Notes: a model not told the origin generated them from the letters alone. 63,216 nt of DNA, filler included, from Asterionella formosa (GCA_002256025.1; 19 parts of 19 records of this genome joined end to end with filler, not necessarily neighbours in it), one strand, 5' to 3'. Positions 39,147 to 51,121 are shown, counted from the first letter of the whole stretch. Translations and numbers: made by a program.

Positions 39147-40460
39147 CTATACTCCCACCGTTCCTTCTGAGGTCAGGAGACCCAAAGACATGACAGAATT
39201 GACGGCTTCTTGATCGACCGCATCATTCATCTCATTCTTTCGCGGCGCAGGTAGCTTCTTGGCATCTCCTAAGAAATCGTCCACCGGTTCATCACCTGGC
39301 TCCATCTCACTATATGTCTGAATCAAGTCCAAATGCTTGACCAACGCCTTAGCATTAGCCTTTTTTGTAGGATTCTTCACCATAGTTCTTAATCGTTTCT
39401 TCGAGTTTTGAATGTGTGTCTTGAAGAAGCAACGAATTCTGTCTCTGAGAATCTTGTCGGTAAAGCGTGATCCAAAAATCCATCCGTACTTGCTGGCTTC
39501 ACTTCTGATCTTGATAACAAGCACATTGTTGAAATGCTGCTGGTCCTTGGATTGGCACATTTTCGTAGATAGGTCGTAGTACTCCCGCATATGCTGTCGA
39601 AGAACAGTTTCAAGCGGGGGATATGTTCCCCAGAAGAATCCTTCTGGAATGGCACTGCCTCTTTGCGGCCATGTTGTCGGTGCCGACCTGGGGTTGATTC
39701 TGACCAAAGCCATGGTAAGCAATAGCTGCTTGGCGACTTGAGGTGAATCAATGACTTGAGCGGCGAGCTCAGCAGCTTGCTGCGCCATACCTTGCGACTT
39801 TTTGTGTTCTTGCTCCCGCTCGTGTTTGCGTTTCTTCTGCGGCGAGAGACTCCTTGCTTTCTGCCTCGAGAATGATTCCAAGGTGAAGCCCAGAGCCTTT
39901 GCAGCATTGGGATGCAGTGATTTATGCTCGTGTGCTGAGAATGCCGAAGTTGAGCGACGGGCGGATCTGCGATAGGAAGTCGTCGCTGCTTCCATGGCCA
40001 GCAAGAGTTCCTCGTGCTCTTCCAGCGGGTCATTGGTTGCGATCGCCTCCTGGTCTTCCAGCGCTTGCGCAGCGTCCATGAGACAGCTGAGCTGCGAGTT
40101 GGTCACCGAGAGCTGCGATGGCAGCGTATCTTCCTGAGTCAGGAGTCCCATAACACGAGCAGTAGCTGGGTCGAGCAGCAGCGACGACTGCGTTTGTGAC
40201 AGGCCTTCGATCTCTTGGCTGAGAAGGGATTGCGACCCCATGACTTGGTTCAGAGCCCCAGATTTGTCGAGGAAACCCAGCCGCTGATCTTCGTCCTGCG
40301 AGAAGGAGATCTGAGAGGAGGGAATTCCTTCCACATGGTCATCACTGGCATTGCGGCGGATGGCAGATTCGGTCGTGTTGGGGGAGTCCGCGTCCGATCC
40401 ATCAGAGACATCGCCGTCGTCGTTCAGCTGAACGCGCTGCTTCTTTCGCAAGTTTTGCAT
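39147..40460 (-). CDS. Unknown, probably nuclear protein with an S/TQ cluster, basic NLS and ordered C-terminal domain
   Basis: Open 437-codon frame from MQNLRKK; PQKKRK; C-terminal PEGFFW..YP.LE..LRDRIRCFFKTHIQNSKKRL block; start uncertain. Confidence 0.75.
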   Translation of the reverse strand: MQNLRKKQRVQLNDDGDVSDGSDADSPNTTESAIRRNASDDHVEGIPSSQISFSQDEDQRLGFLDKSGALNQVMGSQSLLSQEIEGLSQTQSSLLLDPATARVMGLLTQEDTLPSQLSVTNSQLSCLMDAAQALEDQEAIATNDPLEEHEELLLAMEAATTSYRRSARRSTSAFSAHEHKSLHPNAAKALGFTLESFSRQKARSLSPQKKRKHEREQEHKKSQGMAQQAAELAAQVIDSPQVAKQLLLTMALVRINPRSAPTTWPQRGSAIPEGFFWGTYPPLETVLRQHMREYYDLSTKMCQSKDQQHFNNVLVIKIRSEASKYGWIFGSRFTDKILRDRIRCFFKTHIQNSKKRLRTMVKNPTKKANAKALVKHLDLIQTYSEMEPGDEPVDDFLGDAKKLPAPRKNEMNDAVDQEAVNSVMSLGLLTSEGTVGV

Positions 40461-41183
40461 GTCGGAAGTGATGCAGCTGAGACGGCAAGAAAGGGCGGGG
40501 AGGATCAAGGGAACAAGAGGCCAACACTTCACTCCGCTGACGCTCACGGTGTGCTCGAACGAGAGTTCACATAAAACGCGTATAGGGATGATAGCCATGA
40601 CAGGAGGAGTTTGCCTCGAGAATGTTGTACCGACCATGTAGAAATCAACGACACGATTGGCTGCAACTTCTTGGAGAAAACGCCGCGTTGGCTGCAAATT
40701 CTGCGGCATTTGTTTCAAGTCAAATTTGCCTCCAACACCTTCAGCCATGCATTTGAACTTGATGCCAACATCCAGACGACGAAAGCATGACAGAGACAGA
40801 ACAGATGGCCGGCGGCGGAGCGACGACGCAGCCACACAGACAGCAGGACCAGACAGGCAGCAGAGTTCGTTTTCCGAAGCCATCAAGGACGGGTGGATGG
40901 ACCGACTAGATTCTTTCTGGATCTCACGCACAAAACGGGACTGACTGACTCATCAGCAAATGGTTTGAATCATAATAAGAAGGTTCATTTCGTATACCGG
41001 TACAGGTAGTAGGCCTGTTACTCGCTCATCAACGAGAACGGTATTTTCAATTGAATTGGCTGGGCGCCACCTGGATTTGATTCACTCATTCATTCTTCAC
41101 CCTCACTGGAGAAGCTAACTCACACCTGCTCAAGCTCTCACATCGTGGACGTTGGAGTCAAAAAGTCGCTTCCGTTTGGCAAC

Positions 41184-42206
41184 ATGATGAGTGGATCACT
41201 CTATCTATTTTGGGCAATCGCCTCCATTATGCACAGTGCCGCTGCGTTCACTATCGACAACGTTCACCGACAAAGCTCATCTGCTCTGTGCGTCGGCGGG
41301 GGATACCTGGACAACCTCGCTTCTCCTTCTGAACAGCCTCTGTCGTCCAGCCAGGAGAACAAAGAGGAGCCTTCTGCCACATACGCAAATAATTCCTTGC
41401 TCCAATTGCTCCAACTCGCTGCTGCTACTGGTCGCGGAGAATTCGCCTCCGCGCACCAAAAAGAAACCGCGGCACGCTACATTGACCAACTCGAAGCTAA
41501 TAACCCCACCGCACAACCCACAACTACATCCTCCATTCGCGGTACGTGGGAACTTGTATACACGGACACGCAACTCTTTCGATCGTCGCCCTTTTTCATG
41601 GCAGGTCGGGCCGTCTGCACAAACCAAGACCAGGCCAAACAATATGATTGGTTCTGTGACATGCATCGAGCGGCGCTGGCCATTTCAAACATTCTAAATG
41701 TCAGACAAATCATTACTGCTACCAGCATGATTAGTGAATTTGAAGTCAAGGCAGGTGCAATTCCTTTCTTGAGGGACTTCACGCCTTTCTCGTATTCAGG
41801 CGGAATGCCAGTAACGATTGGTGGTGCAATTGTTAGTACCGCAGATATTACGCCAACAAACAATGGCAAGGCATGGGAATTGTACATGGATACGGTACAA
41901 ATCAAAGGGTCGAACATACCAGGCATCCGACAGCTACTGGATCAAAGTCTTCAGCTACAATCGCGACGATTGGCATCCGTCTTGGAATCGGCCATTAGTG
42001 GGTACAAAACCCCTAAGCCTGTGTTTGAAACGACATTTCTTTCCAAAACTATTCGGATAAGTCGAGATCAAGATGACAAAGTATTTGTCTATGTCAAGGT
42101 CTCCGACAAAATGGAAGCTACGGACTATTCCAATGTCATGCCAGACTTCGGTGTGACCAAACTCTTGGAAGGCTTCAACGATGCCGTTACTAAGTTTTAC
42201 CTGTAA
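41184..42206 (+). CDS. Plastid lipid-associated protein (PAP/fibrillin family)
   Basis: Signal peptide plus AAAFT; TGRG, IDQLEANNPT, GTWELVYT, TTFLS..IRISRD..FVY. Confidence 0.85.
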   Translation: MMSGSLYLFWAIASIMHSAAAFTIDNVHRQSSSALCVGGGYLDNLASPSEQPLSSSQENKEEPSATYANNSLLQLLQLAAATGRGEFASAHQKETAARYIDQLEANNPTAQPTTTSSIRGTWELVYTDTQLFRSSPFFMAGRAVCTNQDQAKQYDWFCDMHRAALAISNILNVRQIITATSMISEFEVKAGAIPFLRDFTPFSYSGGMPVTIGGAIVSTADITPTNNGKAWELYMDTVQIKGSNIPGIRQLLDQSLQLQSRRLASVLESAISGYKTPKPVFETTFLSKTIRISRDQDDKVFVYVKVSDKMEATDYSNVMPDFGVTKLLEGFNDAVTKFYL

Positions 42207-42367
42207 TGATGATTAAATAATTAAAATGGTTCAAACGACAGCATCTACTTAGACTAGACCTTGTCACGTTATATTGAAAATTCAATTTGTAGCAAAAATT
42301 CAGAACGCACATTTCAAGGGAAATTGTCAGTTCGATTGTGGCCATATTTGATCCCAAAATGAAATTT

Positions 42368-43123
42368 TTATCGTTGCACACCTGGATCTTCTGTCCTTTG
42401 CCATAATGCCAGCCCCCCACCACCTCCACGAGCCGTGGCAATGGTATCATCTGCGGATATCCAATTGAAAAAAGCCTGTTTGTCTCGCTTGGCATTCTCA
42501 ACATTAGATTTTGACCCCAAACCAGTGCTGGCTCCTAGTTGAGCCGCATCTCCTTGCTTCAAGGGAACGTTAAGAATGCCAAGGAGCTTGATCAGATCAA
42601 AGTCAAATTCTAATTTCCTCTTCTTGAGATCGAACTCAAAAGTCCCAAAAAACTTTATTAAACAAAATTCCCCAACATAAATACCGTTGGATATCTGCAT
42701 CTCCTTTGTATCAAAGGATTGAACTGCCTTGAGAGGAAAATAATTGATTCTGCCCATGTTTTGTTGTGTCTTTGCGGTACCAGTTGTAAATACAAGGCGC
42801 CAATGTCCATCCAGACAATTCAAGACTTCTTGTGCTGCAGATTCTCCTTCAATCTTCACTTTTTGTCTCATTAGCTTTTCAAGAGACTCTAGGGCTGCAA
42901 TCACTTCATTGGGATCCTCCGCTTTTGTAGCGACTGCCTTGTTCAGTATCACTTTTGCGTCAGCAATCGGAATGTCGTACTCGCTTGCTGCTGTGGACTC
43001 GAGGATCGACAACGCAGCACGCGCCGCAACAGCAGGTGACCTAGGAACTACAAAGGCTTGCGTGGGAGAAGCAAAACACAGGCTAAGAAGGCCGATGGCG
43101 AGATAGCAACTGTTCCACGCCAT
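42368..43123 (-). CDS. Plastid-targeted protein, divergent fibrillin-like
   Basis: Signal peptide plus QAFV; LDGHWRLVFTTG and C-terminal ARGGGGGLALW resemble fibrillin strands. Confidence 0.7.
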   Translation of the reverse strand: MAWNSCYLAIGLLSLCFASPTQAFVVPRSPAVAARAALSILESTAASEYDIPIADAKVILNKAVATKAEDPNEVIAALESLEKLMRQKVKIEGESAAQEVLNCLDGHWRLVFTTGTAKTQQNMGRINYFPLKAVQSFDTKEMQISNGIYVGEFCLIKFFGTFEFDLKKRKLEFDFDLIKLLGILNVPLKQGDAAQLGASTGLGSKSNVENAKRDKQAFFNWISADDTIATARGGGGGLALWQRTEDPGVQR

Positions 43124-43242
43124 GATCACCGGAAGACTTTATAAAGTGACAAAGTTGCTTTTAAAATCTTTTTGGATTTCACACCTCAACTTTAGGATCA
43201 TCATACCGACAAAGCGATGTACCTACCAGGTACCGGTACACT

Positions 43243-43328
43243 GGTACCTGCAAGTTGCGATAATTTAGCTATCTTTATCCCATATAAATTTTTTTATTTA
43301 AGCAAAATGACCATAACTTGCTGGTACC
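43243..43328. mobile_element. MITE-like element, internally deleted copy
   Basis: GGTACCTGCAAGTT ... AACTTGCTGGTACC (13 of 14 inverted match); core shared with 32805-32906. Confidence 0.65.
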
Positions 43329-43693
43329 TGGTCCCAGGTACCGTCACCCAAGTAGTAAAATAAGTAAAGTCGAAAAGGTAAAACAGCACTCAGTACCTGG
43401 TCCCTGGGACCCGAGTCGTACATATGTAGGATACCGGTATACGCTGGTATCTCTATAGTACGTTACCTAGTACCGGCATGCTATACGTTGCTGCACGACA
43501 ACAATGCATATGATTGCGTTCAGTTTCATACCAGTCATGCATACTATCATGCTAATTGAGGATGTACCGGTCCTACCTGGTAGGATGACTGATACCAGGG
43601 TGTTGTTTTCATACGGGGATATTATTTATTTTAGAGCGAGCTCATGATGTCCCTATCATTCGTGATACGAAACTGTTCCGCTACGTATATATT

Positions 43694-45040
43694 TTAGTCC
43701 AAAGCCAGCGACAACAAGGTGGAAAAAACACCCATCATCACCCCAACGACACCCACCACAGAGGCCCCAGAAGTACCAGTAGCAACGGCACCAGTTGGAG
43801 CACCAGAAGGAGTAGCGGTTGGTTCAGCTGTAGCAGTGTAATTTGCTTCCGTGTACACGACAATCACATCCGAGGTCCGGAAACAGTCGCACGATGCATT
43901 GTATTCCACCTGTCCCCCAAAGGTGAAAACTTTGTTTTCAATATCCAACGAGACCGCAGCAAAGCGGAACCTAAAGTCTGCCATGTCAGATAGGAGCGAC
44001 CACGTGTCACCAGTCAAGACCTCAATTTCATCGACAGCCACTGTTTGCTCCCAAATAGAGGGGTACTCTGTTTGGTTTACAATACACTTTGTGTCAAATG
44101 ACTTTTCTCCACCAAGGGACAAGAGACGACCCTTCAAAAATACTAATCCCTTTTCGGCACAAGGGACATTCAAGACGGCGGGTAGAGTTTCCCATCGGTC
44201 CGAAACAATATGGTACCGTTCGAGAGAACCGAGTGGAGCACAAAAGATGTCGTCGTCCGTCCAACCGCCCGAGACGTAAGTAAAGTTGCCATCTGTGGCG
44301 GCGGAAATGTCACCACGGCCAAACCCGAGAGGCGCAGCATTCTTTTGAATCAAAGTGAGACTAGTTTCGTTGAAAGAAAACTTGACGAGCTGATTTGTGG
44401 CATTGTAATCACTATCATAGCCGCCGATAGCGTAGACAGAAGTTCCCGAGCTGAAGGAAGCAAGGTCTGAAGTGACATCAGTGAAGTTTCCAATTGTTGA
44501 CCACGTATTAGATGCAATATCAAAAATCTATTTTCAAAATGTCGTAATCAATGACAAAGTACACATGAGAGAAAAGAAAAGTGAGTTCTGGCCAGTCGGA
44601 CAGCACAAATTGATCATCAACGCCAATGGCCAAAAAAGAATACTCACATCAATCTCCGGAATCAGCGTATCAAAAAAGTCACGCCCACCAAGGATCCAAA
44701 GCTGGTTGTTTACAATAGCCGAAGCATGGCGGTACCGTCGGCGAGGCATTTGGGGAAGCTCCACGATTTCCTCGTTGATTGCGTCGAATTTGTACACGTA
44801 GCTGCTGATGGAGTTGCACGCGTAAACGTTGGCATTGGCATCGAAGGTATTTCCAAGTGGATCGTCGCATCCACCAGCAATATAGATTGTTCCATGCGGG
44901 TTATGCACAGAAGCAGAGTGATCGGAGATCGCACGAGGGATGGTAGTGGCAAGGACCTCGAATTGGACATCATTAGTCAAGGCGACAATTTTAAGTGGCG
45001 CACTGAGGCAGACAGCGAGTGCGAGAGCGGCAAACTTCAT
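43694..45040 (-). CDS. Secreted kelch-repeat protein with putative GPI anchor, 2 exons (45040-44648, 44527-43694), ~408 aa
   Basis: MKFAALALAV signal; kelch motifs IYIAGG, LWILGG, YVSGG, LLSLGG, VFTFGG; T/P/A-rich spacer, TSGA, hydrophobic tail; 120-bp GTGAG..TAG intron in frame. Confidence 0.85.
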
Positions 45041-45711
45041 TTTCTTTCCACTTATGGGGCTAGAAGGATACTGTTGATAGTATGGGGTTGTAAGCTCTCT
45101 CCGGTTCTGTTGAGATACAACGCGTTTGAAAGAACCGGCAAAGGAAACACGTTGCCTTGGCAAAAAATGTGTGGTCCTATTTTAGGTCTACCGGTAGGTT
45201 AATTGAGATGTGTGGCCGGCACACGTAATAAATACTAGTACCCGGTAATCGACTAAAATAGCACCAATGCATATGCCGGTAAGCATACTGGTACCAGGTA
45301 CCTGGCAGACCACCAGGTTTGTTGCTGGTTGTTCCTGCAGTACCGGTATCCTGCCTCCCAAAATGTGCTGGCCTGATCAACGTTCAAGTTGTGGTAAGGT
45401 ATCTTTTTTATGATAGATACGAATTATGTAAGAAACATAGAAAGATATGATACATACAGTCGCATACATGTTTATCTCAACCGGTAGTGCATTCTTGTTT
45501 TAAATATCACCCTTTGTACTCATACGGCATTCTTGTTTTGATTATCACCCTTTGCACATATACGACTGCGATCATAAAAGATCCTCCTCGACAAACATTG
45601 TCACGGATCCCTCGACGTACATTCCGGTCGGGCTTGACTGCAATTTATATTTCATTCACATCTGATCCTTTCACTTCGATTTCCAATCCATTCTACTACA
45701 CTTCGCCACAA

Positions 45712-46302
45712 ATGAAGGATGCACTTACTGTAGTTATCCGCCCACTCCAAGTGCAAGATTGCGCTGCTGCTGCTCAAATCTGGCGAGACGGACTTGAACA
45801 ATCGGCTGCGAGCATCAACATTCTTCTGCGGCCTTGTTTCGCCCATTACATGGCGGCGTACGGGGACGAAGCCATGAGTGAAACAGGTGATGTCGGTGTC
45901 AACGGATCCAATCTGCCAGTGTTTTGGAATGGCACCGACAGAGTCATGCTGTGCGCCTTTTTGAGTGAGAATCCAGACACTTGTGTCGGAGTTGTTGGGG
46001 TCAAGATCGGTCCTTCGTTTAAGGACGAGGAGCCAGGGGCCACCGAAGCATCCATTTGGCGAATGTCCGTAGACGGGACCGTCCGAAGACGAGGAATTGG
46101 GCTCAAGTTGATGGAGGCAGCACAGCAATGGGCGAAGGAACATGGTTGCACAAGTATGGGTCTATGGACCGTCAACAAAATCGCTGCTTCGTTCTATTGT
46201 GACAAATGTGGATTCGCGGAGGTACCAAATCAGTGTAGCTGGTATGCTGCCAATATCAAGCTCACTCCGAATGTCCTGAGGTATACGAAAGAATTGGCGT
46301 GA
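45712..46302 (+). CDS. GNAT family N-acetyltransferase
   Basis: IWRMSVD..RRRGIG.KLM acetyl-CoA motif, A..FY..CGF; start placed at MKDAL. Confidence 0.88.
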   Translation: MKDALTVVIRPLQVQDCAAAAQIWRDGLEQSAASINILLRPCFAHYMAAYGDEAMSETGDVGVNGSNLPVFWNGTDRVMLCAFLSENPDTCVGVVGVKIGPSFKDEEPGATEASIWRMSVDGTVRRRGIGLKLMEAAQQWAKEHGCTSMGLWTVNKIAASFYCDKCGFAEVPNQCSWYAANIKLTPNVLRYTKELA

Positions 46303-47120
46303 AGCGCATCACACCTAGAGAAAAATGAATGTATGCACACAAGGGCCAATTTGGCTAGTGAACATGTTCAAATCACTTGCATTATTGTGCTTCCCTCCAC
46401 TTCCTTTGCGTACCAGGATCATTGAGCGCGTGCTCCATATTGGAAGCTACTAACTTTTTTAAGTGTATTAGTACTAGATTCCATTATTGACAGTGACCCT
46501 AGACTGTCAAAGGATGGACTGAAAGTAATATCACGCCAACGATTTAATGAAAATTAAACATCCATCAACTCGATGGAACAGCACCAAAACATTCAAAAAA
46601 GAAACCGAATGACCTTGATGGAAGATATTCATTATTCGGAATGCAAATGCCTAAAAAAGCGGAGATCTGGAAAATCCCTCTGGAGCCTTCATTCATGCCA
46701 TCCCGCATTCCACACGAGAGGCTAATTTCAGAGCATGGCGAAACTGTTTGGCAACTGACTTTTACCTTAGAATAAATAAATGCGATTTAAGGAAAGGATA
46801 GGATCAAACGTAATAAATTGGCGAAACAAGGCGAATACTCTTTCCAGGAATTCCAAGATAATCTCAAGAGGGAGGAAGAGCACCCTTTTCATTCAGCATC
46901 AAAATGGCATCGAGATTGACAGTATCGGTGCTTGATTGAGTTATATTAAAGGAAGAATGTACAAACAGTAGGTCAGAACCTGACTTTTGGCCCGCTAAAC
47001 TTTTCCACAATTGCTGTTTCTTTTTATCGTCTACCGGGTAGAACGTTGCTGATTTCATTTGTGAAATAGATGATTGTGCCATTGATGCGAATAATTCTTA
47101 TCGTGGGTCTTCGCCAAAAA

Positions 47121-48311
47121 TTAAGCCTTCCGATTCTCCCAGACCTTTAAATGAGTATCTTCGACCCGATAGTTGCCATCTTTATCAAATCTCAAGTCTT
47201 CTAGCCCTCCATCCCCGCCTTTGGTAGCAATACCAGCGAAATGTCTCCCTGTCGCTGATGTTATGATTGTGTGACCAAACGTATTTTTCAAAGTCTCTCT
47301 GAGCTCAAGTGAGTGATCTGCGTAAGCATCGAGATATGGTTCTGTGGCCCGAATCAAACTAAACAAGAGCGGATTCGCCCGTTGTTTCGAAAAGCCTGGC
47401 GATTCAAAGTCCATTTCGCAAAACCAAAGTTGACCCCCTGGCTTCAAAATGCGATGAGCTTCTTGGATAATGTCGCGAGTAATGCTGTGTGGCAATTCAT
47501 GAGCAACGAATTGGAGATTGCAAATGTCAACCGAGTTGTCTTGTTCCTTGGTATTAGCAGCATCCCCAACACGATAGTCGATGCGAGCGTCATTCGTTAT
47601 TGTAGATACCCATTCCCCTCCTTCTTGCCTACTTTTCGGGGACAGTTTCAGCAAGGATTTGCCCACTTGAATAAAGTATGGACTCAAGTCAATTCCTATA
47701 ATTTTGGATGCCTGAGGATACTTCCGAGATATTCTTCTGGTACTCATACCTGTCCCGCAGCCCAAATCAACAATAACGTCCCCATCTCTTACATGTGCTC
47801 CAATTTCATCCAGAGCCACTTCAAAGGAAGATCGAAAGGCCGTTTCACCGTCTTTCCCATACGCTGGAAAGTTTCGTGCTCCGACTGCTGCACTCGCCAG
47901 TTCCACCTCCAAAGCAGCCTCCCAACACAAATTTCCGTCTTGATAGGCATGGAAGGCCTGCTTATAGTACTCCGGTACATGGGAAATATCCATATCGACC
48001 TTGGCCTGCCATGGGCCGTCGTTGGCTGCCAGCCAGGCCTTGCAGTAATTCCATTCAATGCCATTCTCTTCTGCCGTGGATACAATCTTTTGCCGTGCTT
48101 GCGGGACCAGAAGAAACGTCCAGAGGGGAGAGTTCAGTGCTTGATCTAGCAGCCATTGGCCGATTCCAACACGAGGTTGTTGTGCGTAGGCCACCACGAT
48201 GAGCGCAGAAAGACCACGGCGTGGTTGCGTCGGAAAAACTGTAAAAGCTGAAGCGCCCTCCAACGAAAGGGAGACCAAAAGGGAGGCAAGGGCGACCACA
48301 CAGCACTTCAT
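47121..48311 (-). CDS. Plastid-targeted class I SAM-dependent methyltransferase
   Basis: Signal peptide plus ASAFT; VDLGCGTG, GIDLSP, FVAHE, RILKPGG. Confidence 0.9.
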   Translation of the reverse strand: MKCCVVALASLLVSLSLEGASAFTVFPTQPRRGLSALIVVAYAQQPRVGIGQWLLDQALNSPLWTFLLVPQARQKIVSTAEENGIEWNYCKAWLAANDGPWQAKVDMDISHVPEYYKQAFHAYQDGNLCWEAALEVELASAAVGARNFPAYGKDGETAFRSSFEVALDEIGAHVRDGDVIVDLGCGTGMSTRRISRKYPQASKIIGIDLSPYFIQVGKSLLKLSPKSRQEGGEWVSTITNDARIDYRVGDAANTKEQDNSVDICNLQFVAHELPHSITRDIIQEAHRILKPGGQLWFCEMDFESPGFSKQRANPLLFSLIRATEPYLDAYADHSLELRETLKNTFGHTIITSATGRHFAGIATKGGDGGLEDLRFDKDGNYRVEDTHLKVWENRKA

Positions 48312-49123
48312 TGTCAGGAGAGTGGTACCTGGTAGTTTGATTTAAGTCATAAAATTCAAGAATGGACTTTGCATTACCGGTACATAAATAGTAGTCTACA
48401 TATGAATATGTTTTTATTATTATCGGTAACTACCGATGCATAAAAGAGGATGATGATGATATCTATCTATTGCTATTTTACATACCGGTACATTCAATAC
48501 TATATTACCGGTATATGAAAAAAACTGGTCGGTATCCATGTTGACAACGGGTAGACTACCGGGTACGGTGTTAATTATGTATCTGTACGTCTGAATCTGA
48601 ACTTCTGCCAGTCGTCAAATACCGATAGTAATTCCACCAGGAACCGGTGGGACATACCGGTATATGAAGCACAGATAAACACCGATTGGCAAGGCAAAAC
48701 TATCGTTTTCGTGCACCATTACATAGGTACATACATAAATACATATGCATGATGTATGAGTGTCGACACATCGACAATGTCATGACACTACGCACGATGG
48801 AAATTATTCATATTCGTATGTACATCCACAACGGCAAAATTCTACATCATGTGTGTGCCGGTAAATGGTCATTCATCGCTCGTCATTAGGAACCAAAGGG
48901 GCAATAGTGTATTTGCTTGCTCGGCCGGATGGCTCGTAAATAGCTCGAGGACAGGTTGAGAACAAAAAGTATACAAGGAATTGTTGGACAATAAATTATT
49001 TTTCTGCATATGATATACCGATAATCAGGTTGCTCATCATTCCCTACTCCAGTATTGATAAGTCTCTGTTGTACTGGCCTGATCGATTGCCAAGCACCTC
49101 GTCTTGTAAACTAAGTTACAGCC

Positions 49124-49909
49124 ATGTGTGGAATCCGCCAAGCATACGCAGTTTGTTGCAAGTGAGTTTTGTTTCAACAAGGTTACGGGTTTTTATTGAT
49201 GCGCCACTATTGAAACTTGAATGTCTCACTCACTTGGTCATTTCGCGGTGTTCTGCACAACAGGTGGATCCTCTTTGGATTGGCAATAAGTGGCGTGGTC
49301 CTATCTTGCATGTCAGCAGCCAGCTGCCACTTTTTAGACTTCAAGAGCCCCGATGGAACGATTGGCTATGCTGGTCTGTTTCGGTTTCACGATCCTACTA
49401 CGAAGAGCTGCATCCAATACGACCAAATACAGTCCTTTGATGAATCTGAAACTGCAGCCCGGTGGGGGGCAACTATGGCTCCCCTCTTGGCGGGAAGTGC
49501 TTTGTTACTGTGCATGTTTGAATTTTGTCTCTGCCGCTTCCCGTGCTCGCGACTGTTAATTGGTGCGTTTTTCATGGCCGCACAGGTTATGCAAGGGCTT
49601 ACCTTTCTTTGGTTGAATTCGCAGCGATTGTGCAATGGAGATATTGTAAACACCATGCTACACCAAGATCCATGTACACCAAATCAAGGAAGTGTCTTTG
49701 CAATCGTTGCCTTGCTGTGTTTCTTCTTTTGTGGTGTTTTGGTCTTTTGTACGCCCAAACCTGAACCCATGAAATCGCGTCATCAGAATGGGGATATTGA
49801 AAATAGCACAGCAGGAGGTAAGATTAAAGACGAGGATACTGGGAGTGTTGCTATCTGGACTGTTGATGACAAAACTTCAAAGCGCAACGACAAGGCATCG
49901 TGGGCATGA
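49124..49909 (+). CDS. Four-TM membrane protein of unknown function, 2 exons (49124-49161, 49264-49909)
   Basis: Four hydrophobic segments with a Cys-containing first loop (GLF..C), claudin-like topology; GTGAGT..CAG intron gives MCGIRQAYAVCCKWILFG. Confidence 0.72.
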
Positions 49910-50448
49910 GGAAGGGTGATCTTGGCCCGTCACATTTCTTTTGCTCTTGTCCGACCTGGCGTAAGGAGGTTATTAGCAACGTGCATAAATGGCGCACATA
50001 AATAAAAAGACTAGGGTAGAACCGATAGTTCTATTGTTTTACATTACAATTATAGACTGAAGCACGACTAAAGGGGGTTTCGACTGCTTTTGGAGTACAG
50101 GCATGCAAGCCCATAGGAAATGTTCAACAGCCTTGTCGGGAAACACCAAATACCGTTGCAACAATTTTCAGTGGGAAGTAGAAGGAGGATTGGAATCGGG
50201 ACACAGTTCAATTGCTTCGTCATGAAGGAGATATTTAAATGCTTTTGTCTACCGGTACTTCTGAAAGAGTAATAAAGCTGATACACAGGTAAAATGCGGG
50301 GAAACAGGAAACAACGACGACTGAAACACTATCATACCGGTATCATTGAGTATTCACCTGATTTGTAATTGCTAGATTCTGAGATAAATCATCTTGTCTA
50401 GTTTTGCTTCATTATTATTCATATTTATAGCTCGACAATACTTAGCAC

Positions 50449-51121
50449 TTACAATGGATTCGAGGTATCCTTCTCTCTGTTGGGGCTTTGCTGCATAATA
50501 ATTTCATATTTGAGATCTTGGTACCTGAAGGAAGATTGGTCAGAAAAAGAGTTGACAGGGACCAGATTATGAGAGTTCACACAGTCTGCAAGTAGACCAA
50601 TGCTAAGGTACTTACGCAATCTCAACATTGGTCGGCCAGAACCCTGCTGCTTTCTTGCGTCGGATGGTCTTGAAGAGATCTTCCTTCTTAATTCCTGTTG
50701 GTAGTCCTCCTGTCCGGTAGACATAATCCGTCAATTCTTTCAAATCTTGAATCAGCTCCTCTTCTGTTTGACTAACAGTAGAAAGTCGATCAATAACGAC
50801 ATTGAATCTCTCCCTGATGGCACGTTGTTGATTCCTAAACTCTGCAGCTTTGGCTTCATTGGCCTTGAATTCTTCGGTTGGTTCTGTCAAGTAGGCAGGT
50901 CTAGGTTCAGCATGAGCTGCTACATGTGGTAGCAGCATTGAAAAGCCAAGTAAAGAAACCGATGCTTGGCTCCACCAATCACGGCGAGATGTTTCCGCAA
51001 GTGCCGTTGTTGTTGTTCTTGCTGTGCACTGCGGAGCTCTTGGAGGAGCAAATGCAACCACGGCATGCGACATGAGGGACGCAAGAGCGACGACAACAGT
51101 GCCGCTGGAAGTGAGCTTCAT
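50449..51121 (-). CDS. Putative thylakoid-lumen protein, 2 exons (51121-50616, 50524-50449)
   Basis: Signal peptide plus VAFAP, twin-arginine SRRDW, hydrophobic stretch, AHA cleavage site; GTAAG..CAG intron in frame. Confidence 0.8.

Noticed and set aside
40461..40931. 157-codon N-terminal extension of the 594-aa ORF
   Set aside because: Begins at GTG and reads like UTR or promoter; ATG 40460 is more plausible, though an upstream exon is not excluded
47313..48149. 278-aa + strand ORF and similar antisense ORFs over other genes
   Set aside because: Shadow frames of well-supported genes on the opposite strand
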